Source of the DNA: Trichoplax sp. H2
Lineage: Eukaryota
Reading direction: 5' to 3'
NCBI GenBank assembly: GCA_003344405.1
Contig: NOWV01000270.1
Span: 55,455-75,454 of the forward strand
DNA: 20,000 nt
A program made the translations under genes and the position numbers. The notes under the pieces were generated by a model, which ran no database searches, had not been told where the DNA came from, and saw nothing but the letters and a program-made list of their open reading frames with translations. Position 1 is the first letter of the stretch; each line of letters starts with the position of its first letter. Positions 1 through 12,200 of the stretch are shown piece after piece.

Positions 1-1
1 A

Positions 2-592
2 AAGAGTAAAACATTAGCTGAGAAAGCTGCTTGGGATTTTATAGAGAAATTACCTAGCGAGCAAAAATTCGAATTAGCCGTGATTAATCCTGTCCTTGTA
101 CTTGGACCTGTAATGCAAGGCTCCAATTGTACAAGTATGGAAATACCCATGCGTCTGTTAATGCGGCAAATGCCAGCAGTGCCCAAGTTAAATTTCCCCA
201 TTATTGATGTACGTGACTTAGCAGCTGGCCACGTTGCTGCCTTAACTTCGGATAAAGCCGCTGGCAATCGACATATTATGGTCTCGGAGAATATGTGGTT
301 CGCAGAAATTGCTAAAGTATACACCGAAGAATTTAAATCACAAGGTTATCGTGTACCGACCTTGGTCTCACCTAACTGGGTCATTCGTTTAATGGCGTTC
401 ACCGATCCAACCCTTAAGGCGCTTACTAAATCGCTTTCACGAGTTGGTGCTTATGATACTACGCAAGCCAAGGAACACTTAGACATGAAAATAAGACCAG
501 CTCGAGAGACAGTCATTGATATGGCTTATAGTTTAATTGAGCGCGGTTTTGTACCTAAAACTGCGAAATATACCGGACCTAAGAAAGCTTAA
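2..592 (+). CDS. 3' part of an extended short-chain dehydrogenase/reductase (NAD(P)-dependent epimerase/dehydratase; dihydroflavonol-4-reductase / aldehyde reductase-like); 5' end lies outside the window
   Basis: Frame is open from nt 2: KSKTLAEKAAWDF..KFELAVINPVLVLGP...IIDVRDLAAGHVAAL..AAGNRHI. These are the (Y)xxSK catalytic tail, the INPxxVxGP motif and the DVRDxA motif of DFR/AR-like SDRs. Stop TAA at 590-592. The GTG 'start' at 80 in the ORF track is internal. Confidence 0.93.
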   Translation, partial: KSKTLAEKAAWDFIEKLPSEQKFELAVINPVLVLGPVMQGSNCTSMEIPMRLLMRQMPAVPKLNFPIIDVRDLAAGHVAALTSDKAAGNRHIMVSENMWFAEIAKVYTEEFKSQGYRVPTLVSPNWVIRLMAFTDPTLKALTKSLSRVGAYDTTQAKEHLDMKIRPARETVIDMAYSLIERGFVPKTAKYTGPKKA

Positions 593-1879
593 AAGAGGGA
601 ATGCTTTCTTCCTTACTCTCGATCTTTGCAGATACGAGTACAACCATCTGTAAACGGAAATGGACCTACAACGATAGCGTAAATCAATCCCATGGATACA
701 ACACTAGGATAGTAGACTTGGATCGTACGCACTTGCAAACGATCCACCGCCTTTAACTTTCTACTACAACTAAAATTCTAGCGTACTGTAGTTATTAATA
801 ATATCAATAACATTACTAAGTAATAGGGTGTCCAAGCGTTGGTCATGGAATCTTAACGCTGTCTAACCATTTCCAAGAATTTGACGTCGATTGATAGTTT
901 ACGCCCCAAATTTGATACCAAGGATAACTTAATATACTTATATAAATAGACTCAATTCTTTCAAGCTTGATTAATTATAATGCAATTATCGAAAAATAGA
1001 AATAACATGCTAACTGAGTGAGAATATTATCGATTGAAGACAGTATTTTAAATACGTAGATCTTGGTAGATTGAATTTCTCAGGTCTTAAGACTGCTTAC
1101 TAAATAAAGTGTATGTGAAAGAGTGAATTAGGAGAAGAAAAACTGAAGCCAACGAAGAGTTGTTAGATAATCCCTTAACTTGAAATGGCTAAAATCCTAT
1201 TCTAACAGTTTATATTAGTCATTGGATAGACAATTTATGAATAGACATTCAAAAATGCGAATTGACTGCGCGCCTTGTACCGTGCATACTAACATAACTG
1301 GATAACTAGCTTTGCTTTTGGTATCTCATTTCCTTGCCTTACTCTCGCATCATTAAGCATCGATAGCGCAAACCATAGTAGTAAAATAAAACAAATTTGA
1401 TATTGGAATTTTCTTATATTGGTTTTATTATTCTTTTGTTACGACTTAGAGCAGAAAACTCTTGATATCGAGTTCGATGTAACTACCACATTGCTTAATC
1501 TGTACTCTATATCTGTCATAAGTTATACTTCAACTATTAACATAGATTGGCTAATCGTTCTATACTGATTAAACTATGCTAAGATCAATAAAAAAGTGCT
1601 CATCACTTTACGTCGTAGACAATGATGCAATTTTTGTTGATCGTTTGGAAGAAATGGCCAAGCAATGCTGTAGAAAGAGGATGAATGCAAACGATAGATT
1701 TTCACTCTAAATCACTATCGATTCTATATATACTATATACATATATGTTATAAATATTAATAGGTACGTGAATGATCTACAGTATATTACGAATAGTTGC
1801 ATCCAAAGTGGATAATTACGCAATCAATCTCACTTTAATTTCATTTACTAAAATAATATTTGGGTATAAATGAACATCT

Positions 1880-2625
1880 ATTGATATTTAATGAGGGCGT
1901 TTTTATACTTGTACACGATAGACTATTGCTTACTTTCTTTTTAGAGTATGTAGATCATCATTCTCATTCTTGTCAGCATCTAGGCTATCATTATCAAGAC
2001 ATACATACGAGTATAGGTCTACTTTTAATGTATTATTTGTTGACCATGCGATGGTTATGTCTAGCTTTACCATAAATACAGTACAATATTTCACTTGACA
2101 GATATTTTGGTTTCCTTTAGGTAATGACTTTTAAAAATATTGAAGTGTAAAATGGGCATACGAATATAGGTATACGTACTTCTAATACATCATTTGATGA
2201 TTTATAAGAATATTTTTATTCACAGGTATTTTTTTACTCTCTTTCCTTCATGTAATTAACTCGTACAAACATTGAAATAGATTGACGATCTACGTCTATA
2301 TTGGTATATCTAAATATACGTATGTACTTTGCATATGCACTATTTACTATCCACGTTGTGGTTGTGGCTAGCTTTAAATACAGTAATTGGCTTGAGAGAT
2401 ATTCTGGTCTCTTTCGTTTATTGAACTTTTAAAAATGGTGAAATAGATGGAAGATATACATGCAGTGATAGGTATACGTACTTCTAATGCACCATTTATT
2501 GACCGTGTTATAATTATGACTAGCTTTCAATACAGTATTTCACTTCAGAAGTACTCTGATCTTCTTCATTTATTGAACTTCAGCAATATTGAAATTGGTG
2601 TATATATACACGAATATAGAAATAT
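1880..2625. repeat. Degenerate intergenic tandem repeat, unit about 150 bp, about 4-5 copies
   Basis: CTAGCTTT..ATACAGTA recurs at about 2061, 2368 and 2520. TAGGTATACGTACTTCTAAT recurs at about 2167 and 2469. Weaker copies lie at about 1880-2030 and 2200-2340. Confidence 0.7.
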
Positions 2626-3120
2626 TTCTGCAACAGTGTATTATCTGGTAACTATGCTCTAGTGATCACTACATTTAAGTCGTAACATCATGCAATTTAT
2701 TCCACTGCTGAGAGGACATGTGAGTCTTACTTTTTAGCCATTCGTGCGAACATAGTTCTCTCATTTTGTCGGACTTATTGATGTTAAGCATGACGTTATA
2801 AAGTTACAAGAATTAGTTTATGTTGTTGTAGTGCCGTATAAATTTTAAGGTTCCTTCATTATGAATTAGCTCAGTAATACTCTAGTTATAAGTCCTAAGT
2901 ACTATAGAAAGTAATTGTAATTCTTGCAAATGGATCAAATATAAATGAAGTGAAGCAAGAGAGATCTTGCAATTATATACAACGGCAGTTGGGTACTTGT
3001 AACAGCTAGTTTTTAACAAAGTCCCCCCCCCAAAAATTTTGTAATAGCTTGCGATTGTCAATGGAAGCATTTTGCTTAACTAGAATTGGATAGCAATGTC
3101 GCAAAAGTAGATATAATCTA

Positions 3121-3126
3121 TTTATT
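3121..3126 (-). promoter_or_regulatory. Candidate polyadenylation signal (AATAAA) of SMC6-like copy A
   Basis: TTTATT on + lies 100 nt past the TGA stop at 3226-3228. The AT-rich background makes a chance match possible. Confidence 0.4.
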
Positions 3127-3225
3127 TGCACCGTAACAAATCCATAAAAGAATAATTTATCGAATGATATTGTAATGATTAGCGTAAGCTATGCAATCTT
3201 TCTTCTATGGCGAATACATTAGGAA

Positions 3226-6200
3226 TCAATTTATATCGTATTGATTGGGATCTTGTAGTTGATGAATCTTTACAAGATGGCTATTCTTAAAGTTTTTCAA
3301 GTTACTAGTCAATAGGATGAAAAAATAGAATGATTTCATTAGACAAACTCTCAATACATGTGCAAAACTAATTCAATAATTAAAATATCAACTTGCCTCA
3401 TATTTTGAGGTGATAGAAATATAAATTGGCGATGGGTTACGTGAGAAGTGAAATTCAGCAATGTCGACGTCGCTATTTCTCGGTTATACATATCCTAAAG
3501 GTAACAAATTGTCCAATTTTAGTAGCCATTTTTCTTTGTCAGTGTTCTAATCTTCAATTGAAAGGCTATATACTGCAACTCATTCCGAGGTATGAATAAC
3601 ACTAATGATGTAAAATCATAACCACGAGTAGGCCTACTCCACTATCAAAGTGATTTCTTGACATTGAAGAAAAGAGTAATCAAATTTTACCATGAAAACA
3701 TCAAATTCGTCCAAGCATATAATTGGAGGGGACATGGATTGAAGAAGGGATATGATCAAAGCAACAGTGGCCAAAGATCTTTCTCCACCCGAGAGAGATA
3801 AATGACTGCAATGGCCACCACGTGCTGCTAAACTCTATATTTTGTGAGGGTAGAAATGAAAACATTTTATAAGAAAGCCAAAGCTTAATTATGTTGGCTT
3901 GATGATTAACTTATCCACTGCTACTTTATTGCAGCTAAGAAACAGAAATTATCGAAATGATAGCAATACTGTAAGGATTACCTGAATTTGTAAATGAAAT
4001 TCTTCATTAAAAGGATCAATTCGTAATTTTGCACTTAAGCCACGTCTTGAAAAAAGACTTCCAATAGTTGTTGTTACTCTTTCCGCTAGTGATTTCTGTA
4101 TAAATTTACATTTTGCTTCTCGAAGATGAACATGCTGTTGCAAGGTCTACCAGGCAATGTCCCAAATGAAAGACAATCCATATGTAAGAGAAGATATCGA
4201 AATGAATATTCAGTGGATTTAAATTGAATTTTAATAGCCATAAAGCAAGGCGATATTACTATTAAATATTGTATGAATCTTACTGAGAATACATCAGATA
4301 AAATCTGCGAACAAGCTTTCCTTCTATAATAAGTTATTTGCGCTTCTTTAATAGCTGCAATAATTTCTTCTTTTGTGCCAATTTCCTCCTGTAGTTTTTC
4401 AAGGCTTTGCTCCTTACGATAGATTTTGTGATCGAGATCTTCAATCTTTTGCTCCGTGATAATTCGATCTGCTGCAATTTTACATGCACTAGCAGTACAA
4501 GTCTATGATAATTAAAATAAATCAAAAATTGATTTCTCTTTTTCGAATAACCTTCATCGAACGATCAAGAAGATACTAACCAAGACTTTTTCTTGTTGAT
4601 GGTTCATTTTTTGTAGCCAATAATTCTTCTTTTCCTCTAATTCGTCTATAATTTTATGAAGGTATTTACATTTTTCTAATTTCTCCCGGTATTGTAACGT
4701 TTTGTGCTTAATTTCATTCTGTTGGTATTGAAGATGAATTTAAACCATTAAAATCTTTAGTAATCTTAATATAACCAAGACCAAGTAATTTTCTAATTTT
4801 TTCCCCATATTGTAACGTTTTGCGCTTAATTTCATTCTGTTAGTGTTCAAAATGAATTTTTAAACTATCAAAATCTCGAATAATCAAGCTGTTTTCTAAA
4901 CTTTCACAATATTGTAGCGCTTTGCGCTTAATTTTATTCTGTTGGTGTTCAAAAAGAATCTCTATAATCAATATCTTCAATAATCTTAATATAACCAAGA
5001 TCAAGCAATTTTCTAATTTTTCACAACATTGTAGCACTTTACATTTAAATTCATTTTGTTGGAATTTAAAACGAAGTCTGTATCAAGATCATTAATTAAT
5101 AGAACCATGAGCAATCTATTTTTAAACTTTGACGCATAGTAACATCTTACATTTAATTTCATTTTGTTGCGATTTAAAACGACATTCTATGTCGATATCT
5201 TTAGTACTCTTATTGTAGCCATAATCAATCTATGTTCTAAACTCTCATCCTAGAAGAGTGCCGTTATATTTTTATCGCATTTCTATGACAATATCGTCAA
5301 ATAGTATTCATGCAGCCAAAATCCAGCCAACTTCCAAGTCTATCTATAGAAAAGGACAATGCCATATTTGCTCTGATGGATAATTTAGACTAATTTTTTC
5401 CGCCTAAGAGGATAGGCTGCATTCTTCTAGTACTTAGTGAGTTATTGTAAATCATTTAATGTATGCTAACGACATTGTAAAGATTATTATAAAAGTCTTA
5501 TATGGGTATTCTTCAATAACGAGCAATTTGTTGTCAAATATTATTCTCTTATCCTTCATAGGATACTATGGCAAAATATCTTTACGAGGATGAATTCTTG
5601 CACTAATTCTATCCAGTTATTGTCATAGACAGTTGATAAATGAATTAATTAATGATGAATTTACGAGTGCATTTTGTACTATTCAAGAGCTCAATTAGAG
5701 ATATTATTAAATATGAAGACTAATGCTATTCTTAATGAATACTATTCCATAGTTTTAATTTAATTATGGATATGATTCAGTTATGTGTATTCTTTGCTAG
5801 TGTTTTTTTGATATATACAGTATAATACTTTTTCTTGACGTTGTAGGAATACAAAATATTTGGGAAAGTATTCGGTAGTACCAGCGGTAGGAATTGTTCT
5901 ATTAAAATAGTATAAAAATAACATCTTTCGCCTCATAACTGCGACGTAGAATTCTCTTCTAGTTTAAAGCGTATACATTTATAGATAATTAAGTGTATGA
6001 GATGCTAGAAATTGAGAGATATAGGTATTACTATTCATGGAATCATTTTTTGATATCATGAATTAGCAACTCGAGTTAGCCATTAATTAATGCAGTACAA
6101 CATTATTTTTCGGTCAGGCTAGAAGCTATAAAGTTCCTGGAAGGAAGAAAATCTTTCAATTTTCAAATTGATACTAAGATTAGAATTTTACCTGGTATTC

Positions 6201-9200
6201 GTATAATTTTTCTCTAACTTGCTGCTCCTCACACTCAATTTCTTTCTTTTGACTTTCCAATAAATGGACTGTTTTTAAAGCCTCCTGATAATTCTGATAT
6301 GCCTGCTGCAGCTGCAAGAGTCGGTAAATGAGAAAGAATATTCTCACAATTCAAGCTGGAATGGGCTGCGAATTGACTGTTAGCATAAACTAATTAGATG
6401 CTCCCTACGAGTTTTTCTTCATCGTTAATTTCTTCTTGGCATGTTTGCAATTCTTTTTCCTAATACAAATTCATGAGAAACAATAATATGCATACGAGTC
6501 GATTCTAATTCAATAATTATCCATCAACTGCATGCATATTCTATCTTACTAATTCTGAGCTGTCTTCTTGCACAAATTCCGTACTTTTAATGTCTTCTAT
6601 TTCCTTTTTAGTCGTAGGTTAGTTATGTTATAAAGTTAAATGAAAATGGATTTAATGTTCTTATACACAGCTGATTACCATGGAAAAGCTTACATTTTGT
6701 AATTCTTGAGTTTTATCTTGACAGGCTAACATAGCATCGCATATTGAAGCTAATTCTTCCTGTAGTTTTAGAAAAGAAATATCTATCATCATGCAGCAAT
6801 CTCGTGAAAAAAGTATTGCATTCAGTGTACTATACCTTTTGAACTGAAATGACATTGGTAGTAAACTGGAATTGAAACTGTGATTTAGTAATAATTTGAT
6901 TTATTTTCTCGGTTCGTTCCCTGCGTTTGCTATCATTAAACATACCAGAGAGTTGTTTAAGTTCATCCTTTATACATAATAATTTTGATATCTTATTTAT
7001 ACAAAATAATTCCGATATCGCATTAGGATACCATTAGCACTTGATATACATCACTGAGCTAAGAAGATTTTGTAACCTATCTTAAAGTTATATATAAAAA
7101 TCTTAGAATGATCTGGAATAAAGCTCAGATAGGTGACCATGCAGGTGAAAATAGGAATACAAACTATCAGGGCATAGCAACATTTACTATCCATCAAGAT
7201 CGATGCATGGCAATGCAAGATTGTAATCTAAGTGATATTGGCTTTACTATTTCCGTTTTGCATATTTATTCCACATAAATGAAGGGTCTAACCAATTACC
7301 TATCGCAAGATAAGAGCTAAAATCTAAATCTATCGCTCAACAATCTAATTTTGGTTTTTTAGAAAATATTGAATCTCTAATATCGGCTATTGTAAACACA
7401 TGAATAACTTTATATGCTATTGCAAATGACAGATGGTCATTGCAAGTTTCAGAGTTGAGTATAATTCAATCGTTGTTGATGATATGAAGCAAGAAACAAT
7501 ATTGCTATTAGAAGCAACGATTATGGGATATTAATATTTTCTATTGGGATGGGGTAGACAAACAGGGTTGGAGCAATTTCGTTTTTGCTTTAGCTTTCCG
7601 ATTTAGGGTAAACTAAGCTAAGGGTTTGATACATTAAGCAAATAATCAAATTCGGTCGGTCTACTGAGCAAGAAAGAGTAGCTTAGCATTTAAAGTTGAT
7701 CGTAGAATAAAGATCTTGAAACCGCTTGGTTATCCTTTCATGAATTTTTCTACTTACTTAATTTCTTGCTGGACATCTTCAATTAGATAATCAATGTGGG
7801 GGCGAGTATTGGAATAGCATCGATGATTTTTGCCGACTTCAATGCTATCCCCAGTAAGTGTATAAGCCTAAATAGACCCAAAGATACAAATAGTAAATGG
7901 GATTTCTTTGATTCAAACAGATTTAATGGTTTTTAGACACAAAGATATGAATAGCAAATGAGAATTTCCTTAATTTAAAGTAATTTTTAAAGGTTTAACT
8001 CATAATACCACTTTCTTAATTCATGAAAGTGGACAGAAAAGATAGCTTAAATTTAGCCTACCGACCTGGAGCTGGTGTGCTTGTTGCTGGCACATAAATG
8101 CTCTGGCTTCTTGGCTACTTTCAATCAAGAGAGTTCTTTCGATTTGTTTCTGTTCGTGAATTAGAATATCAAAATTGAGCTTCGGAATATTAGAACTTCA
8201 AAGTGTTGAGTGAATAAAGAAGAAAAATGTTTCCGTCTTTTAAATTACAACTAAAATTGAAGTAGTTTAGGAAGCTGTTAAAGCTTCCAACTTTTCAAGA
8301 AATGCTACCATCCAACCAGCATTCGATGGTATGGCCAAAATTGAAATAATTTAGCAAGCTTTTAAAACTTCAATTTTTCAATAAATGCTACCATCTAATG
8401 GCGATTCGATGATGCAGCTAAAATTGATATAATTTAGCAAGCTGGCAAAAGTTGAAGCTTTTTGATAAATGGTAACATCTAACGATGATTCGATGATGCA
8501 GCTAAAATTGAAATAATTTAGCAGGCAGGCAAAAGCTTCAACTTTTCATTAAATGCTACCATCCAACGATGATTCGATAATACTGCATTTTACAGCTGTC
8601 GCTTTAATCATGAAACCGCTCGTACTATTCTAGTACTACTGGCACGACAAATGAATATTTTTTCACCATTAAAATGACAAGAGTATCCTTGTCTATTTTA
8701 AGGATTACAATTATTCGACCGTGAAATCATTACCTGATCAATCAGACAATTGGTTATATTACAATTTTCCGCAATTAGCATATCCAACACTGTCTTATAA
8801 AGACCCTGTCCTTCCTGCAATGATAGTTAATAAGCAAAGACGATAGAATTCAAATGCGTTTTACAGCAATGCCGCCATTCAGTAGCTATTCTCTTTCTAA
8901 GGCAAATGAAACTTATAATGATAATTTACACCATCATCCATTCCAACTCATCTTACCGTAGTCGGGATATCATATGGCTTATCCTAGTTGAAAATGGCGA
9001 AATGAAATTACAGTGTAGACGTGTTAAATTGATTTTTTAGTTTAACAGAATAGATATTATAAACCTCTACCTGATAGCGACAAACGATAACGGTTGGATA
9101 CTTGGCGATTTTCATCTTTCGACAGACCTCTTTTAAAAGTTTGGCATCGTGGAAATTATGGCAGAGGAACGAAGTCAAGGCTCTACCAAGGCATCGCTCA

Positions 9201-12200
9201 ATGGCTAAATTCCATTTTGGATCTCGAGTAGCAATATGGTAGCCTATCCATGACAAATCAAAGAAATTGATGACTAAACTGTCTCTAACTTTCTTCCATA
9301 ACTACGTAATTACCGCTATCACTTTCTAAACTAGTCAGGAACTATTTCTCTATCTCTGTCCTATAAGCAACAAGATTTTCATGGCGATACCTAGTGGCCC
9401 ATATGGATTCCTGTGAAATTGTCCACGTTGTTTCATTTCATGCAAATGGCGGATTAATTCTGGCATATAACTGCCATAAATAGTTAGTCTATTCCAGCGA
9501 GATGCTTTCAATCTGCCAGTTTCCTTTTCTAAATCGTTCAATTCCTGTTGCTGCATAGCAATATCTAACCTAGCCAAGTAATAAATTCATTTCTTATCCA
9601 ATCCAAGGTTTCATTTTAATCTCAGTAAATGTTATTTCGTATGATGTATATCAAAAATTGATCTACTAAGTACTGTAGTTGATTGAGTTGATCCTTTTCG
9701 GCTTTAATTTCTTCCGATAGTTGCAATTTTCGCTGAGCATAACTAGATAATGCTGACTTCTGGCCAGAAAGTTCTTTTTCGAGTAAGGCAAATTGCTTAC
9801 CTGCCTGCCCTAATAGCCTTCTACAATCAACAAGTCCAATAGAGGTAATAGATCAATTCGATATTTTATTAGCTTATGGTTATTTTTTGAGTGATTTATA
9901 GCCAATGGCAACAGTTCACTCTTCCATAATATTCTCACTTTTGATTGATTTCGTTAAATTTAGTCTCTAGGCCATAGTAAGTGTTTTTTAAATGATCGAC
10001 ATTACACTTGATAGATTCATACTTTTGCTAGTGAAGGGATGGTCAAGGAATTAAGAATCATTCCAGACGTAAAGTTATCCATTGAAATCGTTAGTATTCT
10101 ATCCTTTCCTGTTTTAATGGACTCTACAAAGTGTTTACTAGTTATTACCTTCAAATTGCATTCGTCTCCTTTGGCACAATTATGTTCCTTCAAGAAGTCT
10201 TCTTTGCAAAGTTGAAGATGGCTCAATCGGTCGATTAATCGATTCAGTTCTCGTTCTAGCGCTTCTTTATCCCTTTGGCAATCTTGTGTATATTTCTACA
10301 ACGGGATTTAAGTATTTATTAAATTGAATTTTGTTTTAGGATACAAATTAAAATTTAGATAGAATATTCTTATTTTTAAACGGCTGCCACAAATATTTGC
10401 TAAAAGTATTCGTTTCTACGCCGATTGAACATACTTCAATTTCAATTAATTCTTCTTCAATTTCAGCTCGACGAGAATAAACTTGCTGAGCTTGGAATTC
10501 AATCTGTTTCAATTTCTGACAATATATAAGTTAAAAATTGTCATGACTATCATCTCGTTAATGCAGTAGTCTAACTAGCGCTTTTTGTACGATATATAAG
10601 GTAGATCAATTAATTCTATTCTACCACGTTGAAAATTATTCCTAACGAATCGATCAGATCACAAATTCTATTCTGTTATACTGAAAAACATTTTATTTGT
10701 AAAATGAAGTAAAGCTCTAATTCTATTCTGTCATAGTTAAGGCCTATAGCTCATTTATCATATGAAGAAAACTTGATCAAATAAGTATTTCATGTTATAT
10801 TGGCTGAGGAACGAGTTCTAACGTTATAATAGTTAGGATTGCAATAATGCAATACTCTACCAGTGTAATTACGAATAGCTTACATTTTCTTCTTGGTAGA
10901 CGTAAGCCCAAGCTAATTCACTTTTAAGTTGGGTTAATTGCTGATTGATTTCATCAATTTGATCAAACAATTTCTGCCTTTCCATTTTTTGTTCCAAATC
11001 ATCTTGGAGTTCCTTCAGAGACTAGTCGAAGCCATAATCACAAACCGCTAAATAAAATCATGAGATGAATTGAAATAAATCATTCTCTTATCTTACCTCC
11101 TCTTCCTTATTCAAGATATCTTGCAAGATTCGTTGTGATAATTTTGCATAATTGCAATTATTAATGAGCTGAGATAGTTGAGTACCTTTGAGGTAAAACT
11201 GATGGCAGAAGCAAACACTTAATAATATGGCGGAGGTAAAATTGCACTTTGCCAGTATACCAGGCGTTATAAGACATTTCTATAATAGCTTATAACAATT
11301 TAAAATTTACTATAGGATCAAAATTGTAATGGTTCTGTTATTAATTTATTTCTACAGGTTAAATTTTGACATCTTATAGAATATGATTAAAATTATGATA
11401 TCATAGAGCCATGGATCTAAACGATTGTTTATGCAAGCAGAAAGTTGTTGCCGAACTTTCATATACATGGATTTACTGAGAATATTAAATAATATGGAGA
11501 TAAATTGAAAATTCTTATGAAGAAGTAGCTTAGATATACACTATGCTACCATTCTTTACAATGATGGAATGGTCTTTGATATGTCATTTTGAATGATACT
11601 AAATATATTGGCTATATTGCAACTCATGTTGTAGCATTTTAAGAGAAATTTTAAATTAATATGCTACCGTAATTAGTATACATTTTTTTCGTAATAAACA
11701 TGGAAATAACTACTTTAGAGCTAGGAATATCTTATACTCTAGAAAGCGCTGATATTCCTTTCCGAACATTTTGATTACTACAAGTAAATTCCATCGATTC
11801 TATTCTGATAAAGTTGTCAATATAGTTTTAAGAAAATAATATCTAGAAATGTTTTGGAATTAAACGAGTACCTGATACATCTTGGAGGGATGATGGCTGC
11901 TTAAGAACTCTTTGCTAGCATCCTGAGTTAAAAAACAAACTGGATTATCGACTTGAATATCGAAATGGTCCAAGATTGCCATTAGCTCCTTCTTCTCTTC
12001 AGCAACAATGAATCCTAGTAAGAAATACTGTTTAGTTCCAGTAGGATTTTCTTTATTTCAATCATCCTGCTCAATACCATTATTTTAAATGCATGGCCTA
12101 TCCAGCTCAAGCTAGAATACGAGTAAGCTATGTACCTTTCGAAGACTTTATCTTGTAGTTTGCATGGCCATCTTGCCATAAATCTCTTTGAATGATGATT

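Noticed and set aside
1860..3070. Short ORFs 1860-2075, 2447-2662 and 2882-3070
   Set aside because: No recognisable motifs, composition typical of random AT-rich DNA, and two overlap a degenerate repeat.
4334..4525. Lys/Arg-rich 63-aa ORF on the - strand
   Set aside because: It is an alternative frame of the SMC6 exon 4502-4284, whose true frame matches the 219-nt exon of copy B.
4840..5037. 65-aa ORF suggesting a coding repeat
   Set aside because: It lies in the duplicated junction array. Neighbouring units are frameshifted or contain stops, and exon-length homology with copy B excludes it.
7055..7076. Candidate 22-nt microexon plus a longer version of the 6836 exon
   Set aside because: Not needed: the acceptor at 6930-6931 gives a phase-compatible 94-nt exon identical in length to copy B exon 19533-19440.
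9920..10148. Alternative exon models (9966-9920, or read-through of ORF 10017-10226)
   Set aside because: Exon 10027-9939 has a stronger acceptor and donor, the correct phases and a coiled-coil-like translation.
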